From positions 2,336,001-2,400,000 of the forward strand of contig CBDEGZ010000003.1 of NCBI GenBank assembly GCA_965238175.1: a stretch of 64,000 nucleotides of DNA, written 5' to 3'. The translations under genes and the position numbers were made by a program. The DNA is from Gammaproteobacteria bacterium (GTDB lineage: Bacteria; Pseudomonadota; Gammaproteobacteria; CAJXQU01). Shown in pieces: positions 41,789 to 51,904 of this stretch; position 1 is the stretch's first letter; every line of letters starts with the position of its first letter. A model generated the notes under the pieces. The model made no database searches. It saw only the letters and a program-made list of their open reading frames with translations, and was not told where the DNA came from.

Positions 41789-43186
41789 ATGAAATTTTCT
41801 GAACTCTCTTCTCTACAAAAAAGTGCATTGATAATGGTTTTGATCAACGCATTTGCGACACCGCTAATGCTCTCTTCAGTTAATGTAGCATTACCCTTAA
41901 TTGCAAAAGATCTAAACATGAATGCGGTTCTTCTAAGTTGGGTTCCTATGATCTACTTAATGGCAAGTGCTATGTTTGTATTAATCTTTGGTCGCCTTGC
42001 CGACATGCTCGGTAGAAAAAAAATATTTTTGATCGGAACCATTTCAGCTATCATTACTTCTATTGGCGCAGCGCTTTCACAATCTGGCGAGATATTGCTC
42101 TTGTTTCGCTTCTTACAAGGGCTGAGCGCAGCAATGCTCTATGCTACACAAGTTGCGATTATTTCATCTGTCTTCCCGCCTCAAAAACGTGGAGGAGCAA
42201 TCGGTCTGATGATTTCAATTCTTTATTTTGGTCTGGCTGCTGGTCCATTCTTCGGTGGGCTTTTGGTCGAACAATTTAATTGGCGTGCCTGTTTTATATT
42301 ACATATTCCATTGGCATTAATTGTTACCTACCTTGGCCTTAAGAAAGTATCGGGTGATTGGTCTGATCAAGAATCTACGCAATCTATAAGGGATCTGGAT
42401 TTGCAAGGTACATCTGTTTACGGGCTTGCCATTGTTGCACTTTCCGTTGGTGTTTCTAGCCTTCCCTCCCTGTCCAGTTTTATAATGATTTTACTTGGCG
42501 CACTGGGTCTTTATTTATTTATAAAAATCGAAAAAGTCGTCAAGCACCCACTTTTTAATATCCGTCTTTTTTCAAATAATCGCGTCTTTACCTTATCGTG
42601 TCTCGCTTCATTATTAATGTACACCGCGACTTTTGCGAATGTAGTACTTGTTAGTTTATACCTCCAATATCTGAAAGGTTATTCACCCAGCACAACAGGA
42701 TTAATTATGATCACTCAGCCATTAATGATGGCATTCGTCTCGCCTCTTTCCGGTCGACTTTCTGATCGCATAGAACCACGTGTTATAGCCTCGTATGGAA
42801 TTGCTTTGACAATTATGGGGTTAGTACTACTCGCATCACTTAATTCGGAAAGTTCAGATACAGTTTTGATCTTTGCATTAATGACTACAGGTGCTGGGTT
42901 TGGCTTGTTCTCATCACCAAATGTTAATGCGATTATGGGATCAGTCAATAAATCGCAATACGGGATCGCAGCAGGTATAAATGCAACCATGCGGGTCGTT
43001 GGTCAAATGACAAGCATGATCATGGTGACTTTAGTCATGAGTTTGTTACTTGGCGCTGTTGAGATCACACCTGAAAATTATGATCAGTTAAGTAATGTGA
43101 TCCGCTCCTCTTTTTTGATCGCAGCAGTGATTTGTTTACCCGCAATTTACTTCTCACTGTTTCGAGGTCGAATGCGAGAAGTTTAA
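41789..43186 (+). CDS. MFS transporter (DHA2-like)
   Basis: About 14 TM segments, GRLADMLGRKK, RFLQG, GPFFGG. Confidence 0.9.
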   Translation: MKFSELSSLQKSALIMVLINAFATPLMLSSVNVALPLIAKDLNMNAVLLSWVPMIYLMASAMFVLIFGRLADMLGRKKIFLIGTISAIITSIGAALSQSGEILLLFRFLQGLSAAMLYATQVAIISSVFPPQKRGGAIGLMISILYFGLAAGPFFGGLLVEQFNWRACFILHIPLALIVTYLGLKKVSGDWSDQESTQSIRDLDLQGTSVYGLAIVALSVGVSSLPSLSSFIMILLGALGLYLFIKIEKVVKHPLFNIRLFSNNRVFTLSCLASLLMYTATFANVVLVSLYLQYLKGYSPSTTGLIMITQPLMMAFVSPLSGRLSDRIEPRVIASYGIALTIMGLVLLASLNSESSDTVLIFALMTTGAGFGLFSSPNVNAIMGSVNKSQYGIAAGINATMRVVGQMTSMIMVTLVMSLLLGAVEITPENYDQLSNVIRSSFLIAAVICLPAIYFSLFRGRMREV

Positions 43187-43245
43187 AACATATGTAGTAT
43201 CGCCCTTTAAGAAACGATAATAATGTTAGCTAGATTAGGATTATA

Positions 43246-44471
43246 TGTAGAAATTCAGATTTGATCTGACAGTTACCCAATTATCAGTAACCGACTGTCA
43301 GGTTAAGTTTAATTCACAAACTTTTCCTTCCAGATAGCTTGTCCGTCGATGAGTGTTTCCATCGGCGTCCTCCCGCAGCACATTTTGCCTTGGTGAGTTC
43401 GTTGAGTATTGTATTTGAGCAACCATTCGTCAAGGTCGAGTTGCAGTTCATCAATCGATTGGTAAATTTTCTTACGCAAAGCGACTTGATAAAACTCATT
43501 GAGGATCGTCTTATGGAATCGCTCACAAATACCATTCGTCTGAGGTGATTTGACCTTGGTTTTGGTGTGTTCGATATTGTTCAACGCCATATAAAGCTGA
43601 TAATCATGCTGGTCAGCTCGCCCACAATACTCCGTCCCTCTATCTGTCAAAATGCGCAACATAGGCAAACGTTGTTCTTCGTAGAATGGGAGGACGCGGT
43701 CATTGAGCATGTCAGCTGCCGTAATCGGTGTTTTAGTCGGGTACAGTTTCGCGTGAGCGACCTTGCTGTAAGTATCAACAAACGTTTGTTGATAAACCCG
43801 ACCAATGCCTTTGAAAGTACCGACATAGTAAGTATCTTGCGAGCCAAGATAACCAGGGTGTGCCGTCTCTATCTCGCCACAAGCCTCATCGTCGTCTTTC
43901 TTGCGTTCCATCGCCGCGACTTGAGACTCAGTGAGGATCAAGCCTTCACCAGCTACCTTATCAGACAATGCCTTCAGGCGATCTTTAAAGCAAGCAAGAC
44001 CATGACGAAGCCAGATACAACGAACGCCACTGGGTGAGACAAATGTTCCCCGTTTGCGCAGCTCGTTACTGGTGCGCGTTTGACCATGTGCGGGCTCTTC
44101 CAGTGCATACTCGAGCACAACGGTTTCAATAGCCGGGTCGATTCTGTTTTTAAGATTTGGGGTACGCCGATTACGATCAAACAAGGCTTCTACACCGCCT
44201 TCATCAGCCGCTTCTTTGTAGCGATAAAATGTATCTCTGGACAAACCCATCATCTTGCAGGCTTTTGAGACATTGCCGAGTTCTTCAGCGAGATTGAGTA
44301 GACCAACTTTATGTTTTATAACTTTGTCATTAGTATGAATCATGAGAGTTACCTCTTTGTGTTTTGATGTTTACGTTGCAGTTACATCAAAGCGGGTAAC
44401 TCTCACTAAATCAAGCGTCGCTACGCTCCGCTTGATTTAGTGATGTGTCAGATTGGGTCTAAACTTCTACA
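43246..44471 (-). mobile_element. Complete IS481-family insertion sequence (1226 bp)
   Basis: TGT...ACA ends; 26-bp imperfect TIRs (20/26 match); GATTATA duplicated at 43239-43245 and 44472-44478. Confidence 0.95.
43309..44343 (-). CDS. IS481-family DDE transposase
   Basis: N-terminal HTH, GSQDT, LTDRGTEY, PQTNGICERF, YN..R.H. Confidence 0.95.
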   Translation of the reverse strand: MIHTNDKVIKHKVGLLNLAEELGNVSKACKMMGLSRDTFYRYKEAADEGGVEALFDRNRRTPNLKNRIDPAIETVVLEYALEEPAHGQTRTSNELRKRGTFVSPSGVRCIWLRHGLACFKDRLKALSDKVAGEGLILTESQVAAMERKKDDDEACGEIETAHPGYLGSQDTYYVGTFKGIGRVYQQTFVDTYSKVAHAKLYPTKTPITAADMLNDRVLPFYEEQRLPMLRILTDRGTEYCGRADQHDYQLYMALNNIEHTKTKVKSPQTNGICERFHKTILNEFYQVALRKKIYQSIDELQLDLDEWLLKYNTQRTHQGKMCCGRTPMETLIDGQAIWKEKFVN

Positions 44472-44498
44472 GATTATATTTGTCCATTTTTTCATTCG

Positions 44499-44816
44499 TT
44501 AGGAATTATTGTTTTTAGGTAAATAATCCTCAATTTTTTTCATTCCACCTTTATGTATTTTACCGTTATCAAACTCTGCTCGTATTGCATCTATCGGACA
44601 TACATCAAGAGCACCTTGCACTTCATAAATATGGTTATTTAATGTATCAATATCTAGACATTTAAAATTTGGATGCTTGTCATCGTTATCCATTTTCATA
44701 ATTGTAGGTGCTTCAGTTAGACACAATAGATGATCCATGCACTCGCATTTGTCAACCCAACACTTTTTCACTTTTGTAGGCTTTTGTTTGTTAAATAACT
44801 TGAGAATATTGAACAT
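44499..44816 (-). CDS. Single-cluster ferredoxin-like protein
   Basis: CMDHLLC...AP...CPIDAI. Confidence 0.65.
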   Translation of the reverse strand: MFNILKLFNKQKPTKVKKCWVDKCECMDHLLCLTEAPTIMKMDNDDKHPNFKCLDIDTLNNHIYEVQGALDVCPIDAIRAEFDNGKIHKGGMKKIEDYLPKNNNS

Positions 44817-44831
44817 TTCAGTTAAGTCAAA

Positions 44832-45314
44832 CTAATGCTCAACGCCACCCACACCATGAACATGCCCATGTTCTAGCTCTTCTTCTGTCGCGTCACGAAC
44901 ATCGATAACTTCCATATCAAACGTTAAAGTTTTTCCAGCTAGAGGATGATTTGGATCAATATCAACATTATAACGACCTACTTTAACCAACGTCGCAGCT
45001 TTCGCGCCATTATTCGTATTGATCTCAACGGCCATTCCTGCAACTAACTTACCTTTAGTAAGCACATATTTTTTTGGAATACGTCGCGACTCATATTCCT
45101 CTCTAAGACCATAAGCTTCTTTGGGTGGCAAAGTAACGGAGGCCTTACCTCCAATTGATTTCCCAGCCAGTGCTTTTTCTATTCCAGGCATCATCGCATT
45201 ATGACCATGCAAAAAAACTGCCGGAACTGTATCGCGTGAATCTTCGATCATGTCCTTATCTAATTCAGTTAATACATAGTGGAAAGTCACAACTTTATCT
45301 TTTTCTATAACCAT
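44832..45314 (-). CDS. slyD: FKBP-type peptidyl-prolyl isomerase, SlyD-like
   Basis: VVTFHY, NHPLAGKTLTF, ATEEELEHGHVH. Confidence 0.9.
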   Translation of the reverse strand: MVIEKDKVVTFHYVLTELDKDMIEDSRDTVPAVFLHGHNAMMPGIEKALAGKSIGGKASVTLPPKEAYGLREEYESRRIPKKYVLTKGKLVAGMAVEINTNNGAKAATLVKVGRYNVDIDPNHPLAGKTLTFDMEVIDVRDATEEELEHGHVHGVGGVEH

Positions 45315-45431
45315 TTTTAATTCCTTAACGAAAAGTTCCTTATTTGATTGCTTGTTTGATTACAATATTAGTTCTGTCTAAATCAAGCTTGTGCAATAAT
45401 ATCAAAATTCGTACCTAATAGATCAAAACTC

Positions 45432-45920
45432 ATGGCCTTCGTAGAAAATCTTAAACCTGAAGAATATCAAGCTGTAATCGGCCCTGCTTTACATGCCGCT
45501 GCCGAAGTTGCCGCTGCGCGTGGAGATCCTGATTTATTTAATGATCTACCATCTATGCTTGCGCTAATGACTTTGACACATGATCTTGCTGATCTATATC
45601 AACATCACTGGGGTGCGCTTGGCCAACTTTCGCCACCTGATGTTTTTGAAGCAGCGCCCATTGCCGCCTGTGTGATCGTTTTACAAGAACAAAAACTTGA
45701 GCATGATTCAATCACAACAATGACTGCCTCATTAGAAAAAGCCAATGTCATACTGAGAGAAGAAAGCCTGCTCGGCATGGAACGTGTCGAAGTACAAAAA
45801 GCCTGGGATGCATTTTTAGAAAAAAATACCGAACTTGCCCATACACATATGAAACAGGCGGCAAGAATTGTTGCTAATATCATCGATACCTGGGAAGTCC
45901 ATAAACAAACAAGCCACTAA
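45432..45920 (+). CDS. Hypothetical helical protein
   Basis: Intact 162-aa ORF leading a + strand gene run. Confidence 0.7.
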   Translation: MAFVENLKPEEYQAVIGPALHAAAEVAAARGDPDLFNDLPSMLALMTLTHDLADLYQHHWGALGQLSPPDVFEAAPIAACVIVLQEQKLEHDSITTMTASLEKANVILREESLLGMERVEVQKAWDAFLEKNTELAHTHMKQAARIVANIIDTWEVHKQTSH

Positions 45921-45938
45921 ATAGTTTAATAATTAAAT

Positions 45939-46511
45939 ATGATAAAAATACTCGCATTCTCTGGCAGTAGTCGTAAAGATTCTGTCAATAAAAAGATGGT
46001 GAAAATCGCTGCCCAAGGTGTTGAAAAAGCTGGTACAGAAGTTACTTACATCGATTTAGCTGATTATCCTATGCCAATCTATAATGGTGATTTAGAAGAG
46101 TCAGAAGGTCTTCCAAAACCCGCTCGGGAATTTAAAAAAATATTAACCGAACACAATGGGATTTTGATCTCAACACCCGAATACAACAGCAATTTTCCCG
46201 CACTACTCAAAAATGCGATTGATTGGGCATCACGATCAGAATCTGCTGATGAAACAAGACTGTCTGCCTATCAAAATAAGTTTGCTGCCATTATGTGTGC
46301 CACACCTGGTGGTTCTGGTGGAATGAAAGGTTTGATGATGCTGAGATTACAACTTGAACATATCGGCGTGATTGTTTTACCGAATCAACAATCACTCTCA
46401 CAAGCACATCAAGCCTTCGATGAACAAGGAAATTTAGTTGATAGTAAAAAACAGCGTGCTGTTAAAAAAGTTGGTAGCGACCTTGCCAACATTCTCAATA
46501 GAACTATCTAA
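45939..46511 (+). CDS. NADPH-dependent FMN reductase
   Basis: GSSRKDSVN, STPEYN, LKNAIDWASR. Confidence 0.92.
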   Translation: MIKILAFSGSSRKDSVNKKMVKIAAQGVEKAGTEVTYIDLADYPMPIYNGDLEESEGLPKPAREFKKILTEHNGILISTPEYNSNFPALLKNAIDWASRSESADETRLSAYQNKFAAIMCATPGGSGGMKGLMMLRLQLEHIGVIVLPNQQSLSQAHQAFDEQGNLVDSKKQRAVKKVGSDLANILNRTI

Positions 46512-46516
46512 TAATC

Positions 46517-47485
46517 ATGAAAGTTTTATATCCAGAAATTATTGATCCTATCGTCCATGATGTTAATACGGGAGAGATCCATAACATTTACGTTGAGGAA
46601 TGTGGAAACCCATCTGGTATTCCAATTATCTTTTTGCATGGTGGCCCAGGGTCCGGTTGTCAGCCATATCATCGACAATTTTTTAATCCTGATAAATACC
46701 GCATTATTTTATTTGATCAACGAGGTTCAGGACGCTCAACACCGAAAGGTTGTCTTGAGGAAAATACGACGCATGATTTGATCGCAGATATGGAAGCAAT
46801 TCGTAAATCACTGAATATTGATCGGTGGGTTTTGTTTGGCGGTTCATGGGGAGTCACCCTCGCCCTGCTCTATGCTGAAACCTATCCGATCAATGTTTCT
46901 GGACTTATATTACGTGGGAGTTTTCTGGCAACAAAACGTGATCTAAACTGGTTTTTTGGAGATGGTGTTGGTCGAATTTTTCCGGATGAATGGAACAAGT
47001 TTACTTCGTTCCTGGAAGAAGATAGTTCCGGTATGAATACAATTACCGAGTTTCACAAAATGATCAGTTCAAACTCTAGCGAGGAAAGAATCAAAACTGC
47101 AAAGGCGTGGTCTCGTTGGACAGGTAAGGTTGTCACCTGGACCCTGGCACAACAAAAAGAGGTAGAAACTAACGATCAAAGGCCGGATACAAAAGATCCT
47201 CAAGAATTGATCAAAGAAGTACAACTAGAATTGCACTATGCCGTTAACGAGTACTTCCTCAAACCGGATCAATTAATGAAAAATATTGATCAAATTCCTG
47301 ATATACCTGTAACGATTATTCACGGGCGACGCGATATTACCTGCCCGATGGAATCCTCGTGGCAACTGCATAATACAATCTCAAATTCGCAACTCGTCAT
47401 TCTTCATGAGTCTGGTCATCTAGCCAGCGAACCAGCCATGATAGATGCACTGGTTTCGGCGACTGATGATTTAATTATCCGTTAA
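46517..47485 (+). CDS. pip: Prolyl aminopeptidase
   Basis: HGGPGSG, DQRGSGRS, GGSWG, HGRRD, SGH. Confidence 0.93.
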   Translation: MKVLYPEIIDPIVHDVNTGEIHNIYVEECGNPSGIPIIFLHGGPGSGCQPYHRQFFNPDKYRIILFDQRGSGRSTPKGCLEENTTHDLIADMEAIRKSLNIDRWVLFGGSWGVTLALLYAETYPINVSGLILRGSFLATKRDLNWFFGDGVGRIFPDEWNKFTSFLEEDSSGMNTITEFHKMISSNSSEERIKTAKAWSRWTGKVVTWTLAQQKEVETNDQRPDTKDPQELIKEVQLELHYAVNEYFLKPDQLMKNIDQIPDIPVTIIHGRRDITCPMESSWQLHNTISNSQLVILHESGHLASEPAMIDALVSATDDLIIR

Positions 47486-47487
47486 AA

Positions 47488-49002
47488 TTATTCAATAATC
47501 TTCCAGTTAAGATCAGCAACTTGATTCACAGTATTTGTTTCTATGATATTCGTACCATTGATTCGATATAACAAATTATGACCTGTTATCGCATGGCGCC
47601 AGAGGATGTCATCCTTATAATCACCATTAAAATCCTGTGTTACAGCTACTTTCCAATTTAAATCTGGAAGTACATTCAGTTGTTCATTAACGATAATCTG
47701 AGTTCCATTCATTAGATACATCCAGTTAGTACCTGATGTTGAGTTACGCCAAAGAAGGTCATCTTTACCATCACCATTAAAATCGCCTCCTCCCATGATA
47801 TTCCAATCGGCACCGCTATAAGCCACGTGTTGATCTGTACCAATATAAGACCCAACCATTAGATACATCCATACACGTCCATGAGTCTTATTACGCCAGA
47901 CAATGTCTGCACGACCATCACCATCATAATCACCAGTCTCTTTTATTTCCCAATCTAATGCTGTGAAGGCAATGTGTTTACTTCGTGCTATATTGGCTCC
48001 ATCCATTAGATACATCCAAACCCGGCCATTTGTACGATGATGCCAGAGAATGTCATCTTTTCCATTACCATCAAAATCGCCAATACCCACAACTTCCCAA
48101 TCTCTATCAGCAACCCTATTAACATAAGCATTGTATAGCACGGTAGAACCATTCATAAGATCCATCCGGTTTTCACCCGTCACTCTATTACGCCACAAAA
48201 TATCTTTCTCACCATCGCCATTAAAATCACCCGTTCCTGCCACACTCAAGTCAAGACTTGAACTGGTATTCAAGCTACTATCTGATGTAATTACAGGACC
48301 ATTAAGTGAATAGAATCTTGCCTCTCCTGTGCCAGCGTGACGCCACAGTACTTTTGGAGTCACTAATTGGGGAATAGTCGCACTGATAAGTTCGGCAAAT
48401 TCGGGTTCGTCTGAGTCTGTAGCATCATGCTTAACCGGACCAACACCCGGCGCCAACCAAAGATTAACTACGATCGTGTCAGAATCATCACTTGTAGATA
48501 GAGTAATTCTATAGCTTATATGATAGGTATAATCATAATTACCGGCTCTAACTGCAATATTCTCTTGTCTAATAACATCAGCTTTTGCACTGTAACTCAC
48601 ATAAGCTATCCTACGGTCTGGGTATCTAACCGTAGCAATCCCATATGAAACAAAACTACCACCGACAATGACATTCCTCTCGATCAACTGGATAGGGGAG
48701 TTGAAAACGATAGTATTCGTACCCAAATTGCCTGGGCTTGCTAATTTATGCAATCTCAAACCTTTATCATCATTAGTGTAATATTGGAGGTTGCCATTTG
48801 AGTGCGAAATTGCTGTCGTCTGTATACCGTTAACACTATGCTTTTGGTCAAGTACAGATGTAATATAACTCCCTCTTGAATATTGGTATTCCCACTGAAC
48901 GCCTGTATGCATAGGAAATACTTCTTGAGTGGTTATACTTTGGGCGGGAGTAGTTACTAATAAAGTAAGGTAAGCTAGTAACCGTATAATTCCTTTGTCC
49001 AT
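47488..49002 (-). CDS. Secreted protein with C-terminal FG-GAP/VCBS-like repeats
   Basis: Signal peptide; five GD(F/Y)xG(D/N)GxxDIxWR-type repeats of about 49 aa. Confidence 0.88.
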   Translation of the reverse strand: MDKGIIRLLAYLTLLVTTPAQSITTQEVFPMHTGVQWEYQYSRGSYITSVLDQKHSVNGIQTTAISHSNGNLQYYTNDDKGLRLHKLASPGNLGTNTIVFNSPIQLIERNVIVGGSFVSYGIATVRYPDRRIAYVSYSAKADVIRQENIAVRAGNYDYTYHISYRITLSTSDDSDTIVVNLWLAPGVGPVKHDATDSDEPEFAELISATIPQLVTPKVLWRHAGTGEARFYSLNGPVITSDSSLNTSSSLDLSVAGTGDFNGDGEKDILWRNRVTGENRMDLMNGSTVLYNAYVNRVADRDWEVVGIGDFDGNGKDDILWHHRTNGRVWMYLMDGANIARSKHIAFTALDWEIKETGDYDGDGRADIVWRNKTHGRVWMYLMVGSYIGTDQHVAYSGADWNIMGGGDFNGDGKDDLLWRNSTSGTNWMYLMNGTQIIVNEQLNVLPDLNWKVAVTQDFNGDYKDDILWRHAITGHNLLYRINGTNIIETNTVNQVADLNWKIIE

Positions 49003-49262
49003 TATTATTCTCCATCAATCCTTTAATGTTCTTGGTAATCCTATCACGAATCATCTAACCCGCTTTAAACTGCAACTAAAATTTACAATAGACTCAATAT
49101 CTTTAGTTACATTGAATCATTCTATCGATCAGAGAAAACAACGGCAATTAAACGAGAAAGAATTTAATCAAACAACTCTTACACTAAGTCTCCGAAAAAA
49201 CGGGGTAAAACCATGCCTCGATTTAACATAGACATAAATAATATAGAGATACTTAAGCAGAT

Positions 49263-50003
49263 TTACTCAAGCGGTTTACCATTCAATGACCAATCGTACT
49301 TGACATATCTCACTTTCATTTTTTCATCTCTAAGTAAATCTGCTATGGATTTATCTTCAGCATATTTAGCTAAAAACTTCTGTATAGAACCTGAATCTCT
49401 TTTAAAGTCCTTAGTAAACCAATCAAATATTTTTGAAATATTGGCTCGTTTCTTACTTAAATCAAAGTTATTCTTAAAGTCATTATTAATGAATGTCTTT
49501 GTATTCTTATTCAGCTGTTGCTCTAATTTATCCGCGGTATAAGCTTCAGAGATTAACTTTGGGCAAGATGTTGATGCACAAACAATCGCGAAATGAATAC
49601 GTGCCTCATTAAAAGGAATAATAATTTTTTTCTCTAAGTGATCGAGGCTGACTTCATCACCGGCCAGCTCATAAACTGTTGTCTTAAAATATGTAACCTT
49701 AGAAAAAAAACTTTTCGGACTTAAACCATCAATAATGCCCTTAATCGCAAAGGCATTATAAGCGTTAATATAAAAGGCTAACTTTTCCTTATTAGTGGAA
49801 AAACTATCTGGATTAGCCTTGGCCAAATAATCAAGGTAATCATAAATCCGTTTATCTGCCTTAATCGCTGGATAATCTACCACACCGTTATCCACATGAG
49901 CATTTAATACTTGATCAAATAGATCGTGCCCTGTCCCCGCATAGACTTGAGTGACGACTAGTGAAAAACAAAATAATAGTAAAGTATTAGCAACAAATCT
50001 CAC
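49263..50003 (-). CDS. DUF547 domain protein
   Basis: GVVDY, LAFYINAYNA, RIHFAIVCAS.SCP, SKIFDWF..DF, YDWSLN. Confidence 0.9.
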   Translation of the reverse strand: MRFVANTLLLFCFSLVVTQVYAGTGHDLFDQVLNAHVDNGVVDYPAIKADKRIYDYLDYLAKANPDSFSTNKEKLAFYINAYNAFAIKGIIDGLSPKSFFSKVTYFKTTVYELAGDEVSLDHLEKKIIIPFNEARIHFAIVCASTSCPKLISEAYTADKLEQQLNKNTKTFINNDFKNNFDLSKKRANISKIFDWFTKDFKRDSGSIQKFLAKYAEDKSIADLLRDEKMKVRYVKYDWSLNGKPLE

Positions 50004-50214
50004 TATGTAAGGCCTCGCTTTAGTAAATTAATATACGTTATTTATATCCCTATCCCTACATCATCTAAGCCATTGACTTGTAAATTTGAATTTAGTTCAG
50101 CGAATATTTCTCTACAGCTTGTTTTTTAAAAGAGCCTGAGAGGATCAAAAATAATACTCTACATTTCATAGACAGGTTTCTAAACTATAGCGAAGTAAAC
50201 CCATTCTTTTTGTT

Positions 50215-50940
50215 TTATAAAGGAAAATTATTTTTTAAAAAGTGTAAGGTCGCCTGCCAGTATTCCTTACTATCATCTGATATCAAGGCAGAAGAACCAT
50301 GCTTGCCCACACCTTCTGGTATAAAACCAGTTTTAGTGGCAGTGATAGCATTTGCTATTGCTTTCCATTGCCGCGTTTCATTACGTGCAGCAGTAATAAA
50401 AGTAGGTACGCTAATCACCGCAGCTTGCTTTTGTACCGATAAGTCGCCTTTGAAATACTCGCCGGGTGAAAAAGCCAAGACACCATCAACTTTCGGATCC
50501 TGTCGTCCAGCTAAAACCAATGACAAAGAAGCAGAATAAGATGAACCCCAAATAATAATACGGTCGGCACCAAGTTCATTACGAGCATAGACAATTGCAG
50601 CCCGCATGTCCGGTAAGGCCTTAATATAATCTCGGCCAACATTCGTTTGTGCTGCGGTTTTATTGGTAATGCCGTCAAAACTGCCTCCTGAACGCTGGTC
50701 AATCGCCAGGGCATCGTAGCCCAGTTCGGTCAGGCGCGGGGCAATATTCTGATATTCTCCACGAGAACTACCAGCTTGATGAAACAAAACGATAAATGTC
50801 TTTTTACTATCGTTTTTTTTCGCCCGATAAAGATCGGCAGTGATGATCAATCCGTCTTCAGAAGGGAAGTTTAATGTTTGCTGTGCAATAACATTGCATG
50901 ACAATGTCAGCATTATTAATAAAGAAAATAAAACTTTCAT
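50215..50940 (-). CDS. Secreted alpha/beta hydrolase
   Basis: FHQAGSSRGEY, IDQRSGG, WGSSYSA, HGSSAL. Confidence 0.88.
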   Translation of the reverse strand: MKVLFSLLIMLTLSCNVIAQQTLNFPSEDGLIITADLYRAKKNDSKKTFIVLFHQAGSSRGEYQNIAPRLTELGYDALAIDQRSGGSFDGITNKTAAQTNVGRDYIKALPDMRAAIVYARNELGADRIIIWGSSYSASLSLVLAGRQDPKVDGVLAFSPGEYFKGDLSVQKQAAVISVPTFITAARNETRQWKAIANAITATKTGFIPEGVGKHGSSALISDDSKEYWQATLHFLKNNFPL

Positions 50941-51348
50941 TTTTAATTAGACTCCTCAAAATAGATATTGCGGTGGTGGTTTCAGTAACTAAGACCTGTA
51001 AATTGAAAATAAATTCTTAAAGGACAGGTTTTATTTATTAGATCTATTACTCAAGTAAAATCCAACATATATTGTTATTCTCTATCGTGTTATTCATGCT
51101 ACTGATTTCTTATTAAAATCACCTTATTACACCCACTTTTGAAGTACACATTGTCGAAGACACCCCAACAAATGAATATGATCAATCAGTCGATAGAATC
51201 ATTACAGAAAAAAGATTATTGATACCTTGTTAAAAAAATCAAAATCATCAAACGTTTATACTAACTGTATTATTCAGAGTCATAATTTACTTTTAGAATA
51301 AAAGCAAATAACAATATCTAAACATGCTGTTCTCATACATAAAAAGAT

Positions 51349-51900
51349 CTATAAACGCCGTGTATATTCATACATGACAATTGATCCAGCGATGCTGACA
51401 TTCAAGCTTTGTACGTTACCATGTTGCGGAATTTTTATCTTTTTAATCTGAGAATATTGTGCAAGATCAAAACTGATCCCACGTTCTTCATTACCGAGTA
51501 TAAATGCACTTTTAGTGGGGAATTCAATTTCACCTAGTGTGTGATCTGTATCCAGATCCAAAGCAAAAATTTGATATTCCCTTTGAATCAAATCTTCAAA
51601 ACAACTATCAAAATTTTCATGAAAAATAGCTGGGACCTTACGGAAAGACCCTTTTGCCGCAGCAGGATCAAAAAAACCAATGTTAATCAAATGAACTTCT
51701 TGTGCACCGAAGGCTTCCGCACTACGAAATAATTTTGGAACGTTGAAACCTGCTTTTAAGCTATCAAGTATCAGAACAAATTGATGCTTGCCGGGTACCG
51801 CCAACTTATTTTTTATACGTTCTTTTTCATAACGTTTGAGTGCTTTATCGCGTAGTTCTTTACGAGAAAATTCCTGATGATTATCGGTGGACTCAGACAA
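51349..51900 (-). CDS. TrmH/SpoU family RNA methyltransferase
   Basis: N...FRSAEAFG, GNEERGI, IPQHG..SLNVSIA. Confidence 0.88.
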   Translation of the reverse strand: MSESTDNHQEFSRKELRDKALKRYEKERIKNKLAVPGKHQFVLILDSLKAGFNVPKLFRSAEAFGAQEVHLINIGFFDPAAAKGSFRKVPAIFHENFDSCFEDLIQREYQIFALDLDTDHTLGEIEFPTKSAFILGNEERGISFDLAQYSQIKKIKIPQHGNVQSLNVSIAGSIVMYEYTRRL

Positions 51901-51904
51901 TAGA

